Positions 9,035 to 19,526 of a DNA stretch of 64,000 bases are shown here, piece by piece; positions within the stretch are counted from its first letter, which is position 1, and each line of letters opens with the position of its first letter. The notes beneath the pieces were generated by a model. It saw only the letters and a program-made list of their open reading frames with translations, was not told the DNA's origin and did no database searches. The DNA lies in NCBI GenBank assembly GCA_041640655.1, contig JBEPZV010000005.1:46499-110498 (forward strand), read 5' to 3'. Origin of the DNA: a bacterium (GTDB lineage Bacteria; Acidobacteriota; Blastocatellia; HR10). Position numbers and translations under genes: made by a program.

Positions 9035-10890
9035 CGCTCGCGGAGAAGATCCGGCGGCTTCCCGAGGCGCCTGGGTGTTATCTCTATCGCGACAGCAGCG
9101 GAGCGATCATCTACATCGGGAAGGCCAAGAATCTGCGCCATCGCGTGCGCCAGTATTTTCATGCCTCGCGCTGGCGGGATGTGAAGACCTCGGAGCTGGT
9201 GGCTCAGATCGCGGACCTCGAATACATCGTCACCGACACGGAGGTGGAAGCGCTCATTCTGGAGAGCCATCTCATCAAGCAGCACCAGCCGCGATTCAAC
9301 GCGCTGCTGAAGGACGACAAGCACTATCCGCACCTGAAGCTGACCATCAACGAACCGTTCCCCCGCGTGCTGAAGGTGCGGAAGATCGAGCGCGATGGAG
9401 CGCTCTACTTCGGCCCCTACTTGCCCGCTTCGCTCGCCGATCAGCTGCTTGATCTCATTCAACGGGAGTTTCGGCTGCGCCCCTGTTCGGACGAAGTCTT
9501 CCACACCTATCGGCGGAAGGGGCGGCCATGCTTGCAATATCAGATCAAGCGCTGTTTGGGTCCGTGCGTGGAAGGGCTCTTCGGTCGCGAGCAGTATTGG
9601 GAAGCCGTGCGCGATGTGCGCATGTTCCTGGAGGGGAAGAATCGGGATCTCGCGCGGAGCTTGCGCGAGCGCATGGAGCGAGCCGCCGAGGACTTGCGGT
9701 TCGAGGCGGCCGCCCGGTATCGCGATCTCCTGCGCGTTGTGGAGCGGCTCAGTGAGGAGCAGAAGATGGCGCTCACGACCGAGGTGGACGCGGACATCTT
9801 CGGTCTGCACACGGATGGACGGCGCCTGGCCCTCTGCCTCTTCACCATGCGCGCGGGGAAGATCATCGGCAAGCGCGATTTCTATTGGGAGGAGTTGCCG
9901 CCCGGGGATCTCGAGGGCTTCCTGGCGCAGGTGCTCGTGCAGTATTACGCCGCGGGTGAGTACGTCCCGGCGGAGATCGTTCTGCCCATCCCCATCGAGG
10001 ATCGCCCCTTGATCGAGAACTGGTTGAGCCAGAAGAAGGGGCGGCGCGTGCGCGTGTATGAGCCGAAGCGAGGAACGAGGCGGGAGCTGGTCGCGCTCGC
10101 CGCGCAGAATGCGAAGCTCGCCTTCGAGGAGCGCTTCCGCGTGCTCCGCCCGGAGACGTCGCGCGTCCTGGAGGAAGTGGCGCGCGCCCTGGATCTGCCG
10201 CGGCTGCCGGAGCGGATCGAAGCGTTCGATGTTTCGCATCTGCAGGGGACGGAGATGGTCGCCTCGCTCGTGGTCTGCGAGAGCGGGACGATGCGCAAGA
10301 GCGAGTATCGCCAGTACATCGTGAGGACGGCGCGCGAGGGGGATGACTATGCAGCGCTACGCGAGGTCGTCCATCGGCGATATGCGCGCCTGCTTCGCGA
10401 GGCGCGCCCGCTTCCTGACCTTGTGCTCATTGATGGAGGGAAAGGACAACTGCGCGCCGCGGTGGAAGCGCTTGAGGCGTTGAACCTGGGGGAGCTGCCG
10501 GTCGCGGCGATCGCCAAGCGGGAAGAGGTCCTCTACGTCAAGGGACGGACGGATCCGCTCGTCCTCGATCGTCATTCGCCCGCGCTACACCTGATCCAGA
10601 TGATTCGCGATGAGGCGCATCGGTTCGCCGTGACCTTCCATCGGCGACGTCGGCGGCAGCGCGATTTCGCTTCGGAATTGCTGGCGATCCCCGGGATCGG
10701 GGAGAAGCGGAAGGAACTTCTGCTGCGGAATTTCGGGAGCGTGTCGCGCATTCGGCGGGCGACGATCCAGGAGCTGCGCCCCTTCGTGGGGGAACAGCTC
10801 GCGCGTCGCATCGTCGAGCATTTTGCCGCGTCCGAGCAGTCTTCTGAGGAGGAGGCGGGAGTTCTGGAGATCGGACCACCGAGTGGATGA
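9031..10890 (+). CDS. uvrC: Excinuclease ABC subunit C
   Basis: GIY-YIG (PGCYLY..IIYIGKAKNLR.RV..YF), Cys-rich motif, UVR domain, IEAFDVSH, LIDGGKGQ, IRDEAHRFA, HhH; ATGA overlap with ZIP gene. Confidence 0.97.
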   Translation: MTLAEKIRRLPEAPGCYLYRDSSGAIIYIGKAKNLRHRVRQYFHASRWRDVKTSELVAQIADLEYIVTDTEVEALILESHLIKQHQPRFNALLKDDKHYPHLKLTINEPFPRVLKVRKIERDGALYFGPYLPASLADQLLDLIQREFRLRPCSDEVFHTYRRKGRPCLQYQIKRCLGPCVEGLFGREQYWEAVRDVRMFLEGKNRDLARSLRERMERAAEDLRFEAAARYRDLLRVVERLSEEQKMALTTEVDADIFGLHTDGRRLALCLFTMRAGKIIGKRDFYWEELPPGDLEGFLAQVLVQYYAAGEYVPAEIVLPIPIEDRPLIENWLSQKKGRRVRVYEPKRGTRRELVALAAQNAKLAFEERFRVLRPETSRVLEEVARALDLPRLPERIEAFDVSHLQGTEMVASLVVCESGTMRKSEYRQYIVRTAREGDDYAALREVVHRRYARLLREARPLPDLVLIDGGKGQLRAAVEALEALNLGELPVAAIAKREEVLYVKGRTDPLVLDRHSPALHLIQMIRDEAHRFAVTFHRRRRRQRDFASELLAIPGIGEKRKELLLRNFGSVSRIRRATIQELRPFVGEQLARRIVEHFAASEQSSEEEAGVLEIGPPSG

Positions 10891-10901
10891 GGCTCCTCGC
10901 G

Positions 10902-11747
10902 TCAGCTCGATGTCCGCGTCCCCGATGAGGGCCACAGGGGCTCCGGGGACCATGACTGCACGCCGAAGATGTCCCGATACGCGACGGCCATAGCGCAGAT
11001 GACCCACGGCGCCGTGATGAACACGCCGACGAGGCATCCGAGCAAGCCTGCCGTCAGCAGCAGCATGAGGACGACGCCCAAGACCCAGAACATCACCCAT
11101 TGGCGCGAGACGACGACCCTCCAAGCTTCGTTCAACGCCGAGGCGATATCCATTTTGCGGTCCAGGATCAAGGGGTAGACGAAGGCGAAGAGGGCGAAGG
11201 CCAGGGGGGAGAACGCGAGCGAGATGAGCCCCATCAGGGGGGCGCGCTCCGTGAGCCCTCCGAGCGAGGAGTGGATGAAGACCTCGATGAGCCAGGCCAG
11301 AAAGGCGAGCCCGAACTGCTCGAACCCTTTGAAGAGGTCGCCGAGTTGAATCTTCTCACCCCGCATGGCCTGAAAGGCCATGAAATAGAGGCCCAGCAGG
11401 AAGGGGCCTGTCGTGATGGTGAGCGTCACCAGGGAGAGGAAGGCAGCGACGAGCGCAGCCAGGGCGAACGTCGGCCACTGCCGCGCGAAGATCGCCCATC
11501 CCTCCGAGAGCCATCGCCCCACATCCACGCGAACTTCCGATGGCGGAGGCGAGCCGGAGGGGATCGCGGGGGGGACATAGGCCGGTCCAGTCGGTCGCGG
11601 CTCCAGGGGGGAAGTGGGTGGAGCTTCCAGGACTCGCGTGGGGATGTCCTCGGAGGGGGATTCCGACAGGCGCGCTCCGCACCGACGGCAGAAGCGCGCC
11701 TCTGCCGGTGATTCCGCCCCGCACCGTGGACAGATGACCATCCTCAC
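10902..11747 (-). CDS. Zinc-ribbon domain integral membrane protein
   Basis: CPRCG...FCRRCG, Pro-rich linker, several TM helices. Confidence 0.75.
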   Translation of the reverse strand: MRMVICPRCGAESPAEARFCRRCGARLSESPSEDIPTRVLEAPPTSPLEPRPTGPAYVPPAIPSGSPPPSEVRVDVGRWLSEGWAIFARQWPTFALAALVAAFLSLVTLTITTGPFLLGLYFMAFQAMRGEKIQLGDLFKGFEQFGLAFLAWLIEVFIHSSLGGLTERAPLMGLISLAFSPLAFALFAFVYPLILDRKMDIASALNEAWRVVVSRQWVMFWVLGVVLMLLLTAGLLGCLVGVFITAPWVICAMAVAYRDIFGVQSWSPEPLWPSSGTRTSS

Positions 11748-11835
11748 TCTCGCTCTCGGCGCGCGAGAGGGCGCGGCATCACCTCGGCGGCCGCTGAGGG
11801 AGAAGCATCCGTTCGTCCCCTCTCGCTCACGGGCG

Positions 11836-12000
11836 TCAGCTCTTCTTCGAAGTCACGGCATAGAAGGCCGCCGGTTGTTGTTCGACCTTTCGGCTTCCGC
11901 ACTTGGGGCACTTCACCTTCTTCTTCTCATACTCGGCGATGCTCATCGTCACCGTGAACTTTCGATTGCATTGCGTGCAGCGGTACTCGTACACCGGCAT
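11836..12000 (-). CDS. FmdB-family zinc-ribbon protein (54 aa, absent from ORF track)
   Basis: Hand translation MPVYEYRCTQCNRKF...VKCPKCGSRKVEQ...KKS*; MPxYEYxCxxC...CPxCG signature; GAGGAGG RBS. Confidence 0.9.
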   Translation of the reverse strand: MPVYEYRCTQCNRKFTVTMSIAEYEKKKVKCPKCGSRKVEQQPAAFYAVTSKKS

Positions 12001-12237
12001 AGCGTCACCTCCTCATGTTCGGTTTGATGTCCCCATCCGGCGTTCTCGCGGCCGCTTCGCCTTCGGCTCCGATCCGGAGTGAAGTCAAGCGGCCATTACC
12101 ATCATAGCACATTCGGGCATTCAGTAAAGGAGGCGACGCCTGCAGAAGCGGAAGCCCCGCAGCGATGGGGACGTTCGCCACGGGGGTTTGGATTCGCAGA
12201 GGGTTTCACTATAATACGCTTGGCGAGACGCTCAGCT

Positions 12238-13104
12238 ATGGAGATCATCAAAAGCGCCGCGCGCATGCAAGCCGTCGCTCGGAAGTGCCGGGCTGAGGGA
12301 CGGACGATCGGCCTGATTCCGACGGCTGGGCATTTGCATGAGGGGCATTTGAGCCTCATTCGTCGCGCGCACGAGTTGGCGGAGGTCATTGTCGTCTCGA
12401 TCGCTCCTCCATCGCTAGGGGGTGAAGAGAGGCCTGGGGAGGAGCGCAAGGAGGGGGGGGAGAAACGCGTGCGGTATCTCTCGGATGACGTCGAGGTGCT
12501 CTCCCCCTTGGGCGTGCATTATGTCTTCGCTCCGGAGCGTGCGGAGCTGTTCGGCGAGGAGACGCGCACGGAGGTGGTCGTCCGGGGGTTGAGCGAACGC
12601 TTCTACGGGGCGACCCATCCGGAGCATTACGTCCGGCTGGCGACCTATTTGATGATCCTCTTCAACGTCGTTCATCCGCACTTCGTCATCTTCGGGTGGA
12701 AGGATGCGCAGCAAGTCGCGATCGTGCGCCGGATGGTCCGAGACCTCCATGTGGATGTCGAGATCGTCGTCTGCCCGATCGTGCGCGAGGCCGATGGACT
12801 GGCGGTCGCGCCCGAGAACGCTCGGCTCACCGAGCGCGAGCGGCAGATGGCGCGCGTGCTCCCCCAAGCGCTGGAGAAAGCTCAGGTGCTCGTGGCCGCC
12901 GGAGAGCGAAACACGGCGAACATCCTCCGCGCGATGCGCGAGATGATCGAAGCGCATTCCGCGATCCGCATCGAGTATCTCGCCATTGTGGATAGCGAGA
13001 CGCTGGAGCCGATCGCCCTTCTGGAGGAACGCCCCGCCCTGGTGATGCTGGCGGCACTGATCGGGAAGGTGCGGCTGAGCGATAACGTCCTCTTGAACAT
13101 TTGA
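12238..13104 (+). CDS. panC: Pantoate--beta-alanine ligase homolog, divergent
   Basis: PT.G.LHEGHLSL, FG.KD.QQ, PIVREADGLA, VRL.DN present; several other canonical motifs altered; TATAAT at 12210-12215. Confidence 0.75.
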   Translation: MEIIKSAARMQAVARKCRAEGRTIGLIPTAGHLHEGHLSLIRRAHELAEVIVVSIAPPSLGGEERPGEERKEGGEKRVRYLSDDVEVLSPLGVHYVFAPERAELFGEETRTEVVVRGLSERFYGATHPEHYVRLATYLMILFNVVHPHFVIFGWKDAQQVAIVRRMVRDLHVDVEIVVCPIVREADGLAVAPENARLTERERQMARVLPQALEKAQVLVAAGERNTANILRAMREMIEAHSAIRIEYLAIVDSETLEPIALLEERPALVMLAALIGKVRLSDNVLLNI

Positions 13105-13253
13105 GAGCCGTCTTGCTATCGTCGGCATCGGGCAATAAAGTTATAGAGGCGTTCGGAAGTGACCTCGAAGCGATCGCGCGTCAGACGTGCACGCGCGTTC
13201 GATTTCTCCTCGCCGTCCACCGGGAGGCGAGGGAGGCGGAGGAGGGAGGGCGT

Positions 13254-13481
13254 ATGAGGAGAAAGGCGATCATGGACGCCGCTTTGTGGATCGTCACCGC
13301 GGTGTGCTTGATCCTCTCGATGGTGTACTTCTTCAAATGGAAGGCTGCGCCGAACCCCACCGATGAGGGGCATGTGAGCCAGTGGGTGTGGATCACGTTG
13401 GTCATCATCGCCATGGTGTGCATCCTCATCTGGTTCTTCACCCGAGGTAAAGAGGAGGAGATCAGCATCACGCGAGGGTGA
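13254..13481 (+). CDS. Small two-TM membrane protein
   Basis: Strong GGAGG RBS, 75 aa with two hydrophobic helices. Confidence 0.7.
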   Translation: MRRKAIMDAALWIVTAVCLILSMVYFFKWKAAPNPTDEGHVSQWVWITLVIIAMVCILIWFFTRGKEEEISITRG

Positions 13482-13725
13482 GCCGTCGTCTCTGAAGAGC
13501 GTCCTGGGCGATCGCGCAGGAGATCCACAGGGGTCCGCCCTCGGGCCATCGTGGTGGGAGAGGCACAGGGGGGTCACGAAAGCCACGACGTTTCGAGGGG
13601 GGCGCTCTCCAAAGGGTCGGGGTTGCGGCGATCACCGGTCATGGATGGGCAGCGGATCGTTCGCCCAGAGATCAGGGTTCTCCATGCGCGTGAGTTTCGG
13701 AGGTCGTGAGGAAGGAGCATCCGGT

Positions 13726-14010
13726 ATGGGCAATTCATGGGTGAGCGCGGTGCTGTGGGGAGGCTCCATGGGGCTCGCCGTTCAAGCCTCGCGGATCGCG
13801 GAGAAGTTGAACATCTGGGATTTGATCTCGACGGCGACGTATGGGCTCTTGGGGATCGCCCTCTCGGTCGTCGGATATTTGATCTTCGACCTGATCACCC
13901 CCTTCTCCCTGGGGAAGGAATTGGTCGAGGATAAGAACATCGCCGTGGGGATCGTCGTCGCCGGGATCATCATCGGGATCTCGATCATCATCGCGGCCGC
14001 CGTCTCGTGA
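13726..14010 (+). CDS. DUF350 family membrane protein
   Basis: FDLITPF....EL.EDKN.AVGIV.AG..IG..IIIAAA typical of DUF350; AAGGAG RBS. Confidence 0.85.
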   Translation: MGNSWVSAVLWGGSMGLAVQASRIAEKLNIWDLISTATYGLLGIALSVVGYLIFDLITPFSLGKELVEDKNIAVGIVVAGIIIGISIIIAAAVS

Positions 14011-14013
14011 GTC

Positions 14014-15255
14014 ATGGCGCGATTTTGCTCGGAGTGCGGTATCCCGCTTCCCGATCAGGCGTCGTTCTGCCCGAGTTGCGGAGCTTCCGCGCTCGATCAA
14101 TGGTTGGCCTCGCGCGAGGTCATTCCGGTGGTAGAACCTCTGCCGGAGACGACGGAACTGGCCCCGGAGCTGCGGAGCGAAGAGGAAGCGCCGCAGGGGC
14201 CTTTGCCAGAAGCAGGGGGGGCGGAACCTGTGCTCGGTGAAGCGGAGGCGGCAGAGGATCAGACCGCTCAAGCCGTGAGGGCGGGACCGACTCCCACGAT
14301 CGCGCTCCTCGAGATGATTCGCGCTTTGCGCTTCCTCTTCGACCGTCAGCGGATGCTCTGGTATGGATCGGGCGCGATGTTCGGGTGGATGCTTCTGGCC
14401 GTCTTTCACCTGTTCGCTTATGTGGCGGGCGAAGAGTCGCCGAGATTGGCCCTGGGGTGGCGCCTCAGCGGATGGGGGATCGCTCTTGCGACGCTCGCCG
14501 TGACGTCGGCGATCCTGGCGGCGTCGTTGATCGCCGATGTCGGGCCACGATGGCAACTCTTCTGGAGACCTCCCTCGCGAATCCTGCAGCGAACGCCCGC
14601 GATTGTCGGGCCCGTATTTCTCTTTCTCGGGATCGCCGGGGCGAGCATCCTGATCCTCGTGGCCCTCGGAATGCTCGCACGTCATGGCGCGGTCGGGCGC
14701 GTCCTGTGGGCGCTTCTCTTGATCCCACAGTTCCTCGCCGCGCTCGTGGTCGTGCTGGCGGGGATCGGACTTCTTGCGGCGCTCGTCTATGGACCGGCTT
14801 TGGCGGTAACCGATGGGGGGACGTTCTCGCAAACGCTCTATCGGCTCGCTCTCCTCTTCACCCGCGAGGGCGCACGCGCCCTGGGTTATCTCCTCTTCGG
14901 ATTCGGTGGAAGCAGTGTGCTATGGGTCCTGAGTGAGGGAGGAATGGGACTGATGATCTCCGGGATCGAGCGGATCGCCGTGTGGGCGAGTCAGGGGCAG
15001 GTCGCGCCAATTCTGGTCGTCGGGAGAGAACTTGTCTCGGCGTGCGTGCCTGGAAGCTCCTGGTTTCTTATCGGTGCATCCGTTCCGGTCCCCTCGGTGC
15101 TCGATCCCGATGTTCATCTGGCGGGCTTCCTTTGGGCGATTTCAGTCATCGTCCTCACCGGAGTGGGAGCGGCGATCCCGCTCTTTCTCCTGAGCGGCTT
15201 TGGGGCGGTGGTGGCGTGGGCGCTGCTTGGACGCTTGGCCCGAGCACCTGAATAG
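14014..15255 (+). CDS. Zinc-ribbon domain multi-pass membrane protein
   Basis: FCSECG...FCPSCG, acidic Pro-rich linker, multiple TM helices. Confidence 0.7.
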   Translation: MARFCSECGIPLPDQASFCPSCGASALDQWLASREVIPVVEPLPETTELAPELRSEEEAPQGPLPEAGGAEPVLGEAEAAEDQTAQAVRAGPTPTIALLEMIRALRFLFDRQRMLWYGSGAMFGWMLLAVFHLFAYVAGEESPRLALGWRLSGWGIALATLAVTSAILAASLIADVGPRWQLFWRPPSRILQRTPAIVGPVFLFLGIAGASILILVALGMLARHGAVGRVLWALLLIPQFLAALVVVLAGIGLLAALVYGPALAVTDGGTFSQTLYRLALLFTREGARALGYLLFGFGGSSVLWVLSEGGMGLMISGIERIAVWASQGQVAPILVVGRELVSACVPGSSWFLIGASVPVPSVLDPDVHLAGFLWAISVIVLTGVGAAIPLFLLSGFGAVVAWALLGRLARAPE

Positions 15256-15341
15256 AAACGGCGCACATCGCCGCCGCTCACCCGAGCGGAGATGGCCAGA
15301 AAGAGGCGCTCCCGACTGAGCGAACGCCGAGCCGGCCAGCA

Positions 15342-16436
15342 TCAGGGATTTCGCCGCCTCAGCGTGGGCTTCTCCGGCGAAGGTGGAGGGTTTTCGGAAG
15401 ACTCCGTCTTCGTCTTCTCCTCCCCCGAAGATTCCGCCGGCGGTTGGTCTTGTCCCTGTGGGCGACGCTTCAACGTGGGTCGGCCGCGTTCCTCCGGAGC
15501 GCTTGCGGGCGCTCGCTTCTCGTCCAATCGCCGATGTAAGCCCTGGAGTCGGATGAGTCGCTCCTTGACCTTGTTGAACTCGGACGTGGTGATGATGTAC
15601 TCCTCTCGCTCAGGGAAGCGCGCGATCAGGTCCTTCACGACTTCGATGCGATCGGGCGTGGGCGGATGCGACATGAAGAGTTTCGAGATGCCCCCGGGAC
15701 GCGTCTTCTGCATCGCGTTGATCTTCTCGAAGAAGGTCAACAGTCCGTTCGGGTCGTACCCGGCTGCCCAAAGATACTGCGCGCCCAGAATGTCGGCTTC
15801 CTTCTCCGCTCCACGGCTGAACTTGAAGAACGCCGCATAGATGCCCAGATCCGATCCCATCAGGATGAGCTGACCAAGGCCGTAGTACCCCCCGCCGGTG
15901 AAAATGATCAGCGGAATCTGGAGGAAACTCAGCAGCTGTGTCTTCGTGAAGTTCTCCAGGGCGTGCCGCGCCGCGACGTGCGCGATCTCATGCGCCATCA
16001 CGCCGGCCAGCTCCGATTCATTCTCGGCGGCCGCGATCAGACCCGTGTTCACGTAGAAGAACCCGCCGGGCAGCGCGAACGCGTTCACCTCGTCCGAGAC
16101 GATGACTTTGATCGTGAAGGGGACCTTCGCATCCGAATGAAGGACGAGATTCTGGCCGACGCGATTGATGTACTCGCTGATGATCGGATCATCCAGAATC
16201 TGCATGTAGCGGTCAACTTCGGCAGCCAGTTGTCGCCCCAACTGCACCTCGCGCTCGAGGCTGTAGAAGTTCCATTGTCGCTTGTTGATATCGCGTTTGC
16301 CGATGAGGCGCGGATCCTCCTTCGGGCTGAGCGGTTTGGTCGTCTTCTGGGAGGATTGGCTCCACGCCGAGGGGCCGACGAGCAGTCCCAGGGCGAGCGC
16401 TGCGATGATGGCCTTTTTCCACCACCTGATGTTCAT
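15342..16436 (-). CDS. M48 family metalloprotease (BepA/YfgC-like), secreted
   Basis: Signal peptide, VNAFALPGG, HEIAH zincin motif, E.EAD, SHPP. Confidence 0.92.
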   Translation of the reverse strand: MNIRWWKKAIIAALALGLLVGPSAWSQSSQKTTKPLSPKEDPRLIGKRDINKRQWNFYSLEREVQLGRQLAAEVDRYMQILDDPIISEYINRVGQNLVLHSDAKVPFTIKVIVSDEVNAFALPGGFFYVNTGLIAAAENESELAGVMAHEIAHVAARHALENFTKTQLLSFLQIPLIIFTGGGYYGLGQLILMGSDLGIYAAFFKFSRGAEKEADILGAQYLWAAGYDPNGLLTFFEKINAMQKTRPGGISKLFMSHPPTPDRIEVVKDLIARFPEREEYIITTSEFNKVKERLIRLQGLHRRLDEKRAPASAPEERGRPTLKRRPQGQDQPPAESSGEEKTKTESSENPPPSPEKPTLRRRNP

Positions 16437-16588
16437 ACTCGCGCTCCTTTTTCGGATCCTGCCGAAGGAGAATTATACACCCGGTGGGGAGCGCGCGGTA
16501 TCTCCAGAGTGATTAATTTTTCTTCATCTGCGCGAGACGGCTCGGGACCGGTTTCGGTCTCGTGGGCAGGGGGGATATAATGTTCTCG

Positions 16589-17033
<445 letters not shown>

Positions 17034-17084
17034 GTGCCGCTGTCCTTCGGGGATTCACCCAAAGCTCCGGCAGCCTTGCGGCCA

Positions 17085-18593
17085 TCACGTGGACGGTGCG
17101 GGAGAGAAGCCTTTTCGGCGAACCTTCTCCCACGCCGGCTCTCGGCCGCGCAGCAGATCCCACAGAACGCCCACTTGCCACAGGGCGAGCAGTTGGCGAT
17201 ATCCGAGATGCGAGAGAATGGTGAACAGCAGCAGCTTCAGCGTGTCCTTCGTGCTATAGGTGAAGAGCGAATGGTACCCCGAACGATACGCGGCCTCCGA
17301 CCAGATGCCGAAGAGGATCGCCGACGTGGAGACGAAAATTCCGTAGAGAATCGCCGAGAGGAAGAAGAGGATCGCGTATTCGACGCTCAGGAGGCCCAAG
17401 GGGATGCAGATGAGAAGGATCACATAGCCGCCGAGTTCGATCACGGGGCCGAGGATCTCGAAGAGCAATTGATAGGGCATGGCCAGCCATCCCGTCCGTC
17501 CGTATCGCGGATTGAAGAGCATATCGCGGTGAAGGATGAGGAGATTTTCGATGAGCCCTCGATACCAGCGCTTTCGCTGCCTCCGCAGATCGGCGAGCGT
17601 CTCCGGCACCTCGGTCCATGCGATCGGATAGGGGAGGAAATCCACACGTCCCTCGATCCGCTTGTCATAGATGTAGCGGTAGAGCCGGAGGATGATCTCC
17701 AGATCTTCGGTGATCGTCCGCGAGGCGCGGCGAGCGTACTCGCGCCCGAGCCGCGTGCGCATGTTCTCGGTGAGGAAGCCGCCGATGCGAATGAGCGCAT
17801 CCCGGCGATAGAGGGCGAAGACACCCGAGAGGATGAGCAGCGCATTCCACGCGGCCAGCGCCGTTCGCCCCATGGTGAAGGAGCGGAGGTATTCGACGAA
17901 CTGAAGGAGCACGAGAGGGTGTCGAGGCAGTTGCCGCGGGCGCACGCGCCCGGACGCCGTCGTGCGTCCATTCGCGACGCTGATTTGTCCGCCGATGGCG
18001 AGGATCTTCTCCGGAGCCTTCTGCACAGCCGCGATGAGCTGGATGAGTGCTTCCTCATCAATGAGCGAATCCGCGTCCACCGTGCAGACGTACGGCGAGA
18101 GCGCCACATTGATTCCCGCGTTGAGCGCATCGGCTTTGCCCCCACTCTCCTTATCCACGAGGATGAGGCGCTGAACATGAACCGGCCGCTCGCCGGTGGC
18201 TTCGTAAAGGCCTCTTATGGGAGCGGTCTCCAGCGGAGTCTCATAGAGGAGATCCCGCCGCGTGAGACGAAAGGCCTCAATGAGGACGTCCCGTGTGCGA
18301 TCCGTCGAACCGTCGTTGATCACGATGATCTCCAGACGCGGATACTGCAGGCGCAAGAGAGCGCGTACGGATTCGACGATCGTCCGCTCCTCATTGTGGG
18401 CCGGCACAAGCAGTGAGATCGGGGGCGTGTAGGGAGAGGCGTGGGCGGACTCCGGATCGAGCGCGAACCGCTCCCGCAGCAGGAGGCGGATGCGCCGGAA
18501 GGCGGTGAGCATGAGGAGGAGATTCACCGTGTTGTAGAGCAGCGTGTAGCCGATGATGAAAAGTTGAGTGGCGATGATGACTTCGATGAGCAT
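17085..18593 (-). CDS. Processive glycosyltransferase family 2 (PgaC/IcaA-like synthase)
   Basis: VPAHNEE, NDGSTD, GKADALN, DAD, TED, QRKRW (QxxRW); N- and C-terminal TM helices; start 18593 or 18644. Confidence 0.9.
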   Translation of the reverse strand: MLIEVIIATQLFIIGYTLLYNTVNLLLMLTAFRRIRLLLRERFALDPESAHASPYTPPISLLVPAHNEERTIVESVRALLRLQYPRLEIIVINDGSTDRTRDVLIEAFRLTRRDLLYETPLETAPIRGLYEATGERPVHVQRLILVDKESGGKADALNAGINVALSPYVCTVDADSLIDEEALIQLIAAVQKAPEKILAIGGQISVANGRTTASGRVRPRQLPRHPLVLLQFVEYLRSFTMGRTALAAWNALLILSGVFALYRRDALIRIGGFLTENMRTRLGREYARRASRTITEDLEIILRLYRYIYDKRIEGRVDFLPYPIAWTEVPETLADLRRQRKRWYRGLIENLLILHRDMLFNPRYGRTGWLAMPYQLLFEILGPVIELGGYVILLICIPLGLLSVEYAILFFLSAILYGIFVSTSAILFGIWSEAAYRSGYHSLFTYSTKDTLKLLLFTILSHLGYRQLLALWQVGVLWDLLRGREPAWEKVRRKGFSPAPST

Positions 18594-18647
18594 GAGTCGC
18601 TCCCATCTCCTCCGCCCCACCCTCCCGCGGGCAGGGCGGATCATGCG

Positions 18648-19526
18648 TCATCGGTAGAGAATCCAGAGGACCATAGCGCCATAGAGAAGAATCGTGATCA
18701 GTAGCGGGCGATCCGTCAGCAGCGCCGTCTCCGGATTCCCTCCCTCCTCTTCGCGATACACGAGATACAGATAGCGAAAGATGCCGTACAGGACAAGCGG
18801 GATCGTATATTTCAACGCATCGGTGTGGAGTCGGGCGATCGTTTCGCTGGAGAGCGTATAGAGCGCGTACGTGACGATGGTCGCAGACGTCACCATGGCG
18901 ATCATCTGATCCAGGAGGGGCGTGTTGTACAGGGCCAGGCTCGCCCGATGCTCGGCGGCCGATTCGTTGAGCGCGAGCAGCTCGTGCCGACGCTTGCTCA
19001 ATCCCAGGAAGAGCGCCAGCAGCAAGGTGCAGATGAAGAACCAGGGCGAGAGGGGGACGGCGACGGCCTCTCCCCCAGCGACGGCACGCAAGACGAATCC
19101 GGCAGCGATGGCGAAGACATCGAGGATCACGATCCGCTTCATCCAGAGGGAATAGGTGATCTGCAGCAACACGTAGCTGAGCGCTGTGATCCCGAAGGCC
19201 GCACTGAGCCGGAACGCGAGCGCGAGCGCGACCAACAGGACAAGTGCGCACACCCTTGCGGCGAGGCGCGGTGAGAGCGCCCCGGACGCCAGCGGTCGGT
19301 GCGCCTTTCGCGGATGAAGGCGATCCCGCTCGATGTCGCGCAGGTCGTTGAACACGTATATGCCTCCGGAGAGCAGGCAGAAGATCGCGAAGGCGGCCAC
19401 GGCTCGGAGCGCGCGCTCCACCTCCAGCAGATGCTGCGAGAAGACGAGAGGGGCGAAGAGGATGAGGTTCTTCGTCCAGTGGTGCGGACGAAACGAGCGC
19501 CAAAGCAGTCGCAGCGTCTCGCGCAT
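18648..19526 (-). CDS. UbiA-family decaprenyl-phosphate phosphoribosyltransferase-like protein
   Basis: RP.HWTKN, YVFNDLRD...DR.HP.K..RPLASG, KRR.EL, YGIFRY; start overlaps upstream stop (TGATG). Confidence 0.85.
   Translation of the reverse strand: MRETLRLLWRSFRPHHWTKNLILFAPLVFSQHLLEVERALRAVAAFAIFCLLSGGIYVFNDLRDIERDRLHPRKAHRPLASGALSPRLAARVCALVLLVALALAFRLSAAFGITALSYVLLQITYSLWMKRIVILDVFAIAAGFVLRAVAGGEAVAVPLSPWFFICTLLLALFLGLSKRRHELLALNESAAEHRASLALYNTPLLDQMIAMVTSATIVTYALYTLSSETIARLHTDALKYTIPLVLYGIFRYLYLVYREEEGGNPETALLTDRPLLITILLYGAMVLWILYR

Noticed and set aside
13560..13635. c-di-GMP-I riboswitch resemblance (GCACAGGG...GGGGTTGC)
   Set aside because: The GGCAAAC-GAAA-GACGCAAAGC core is missing
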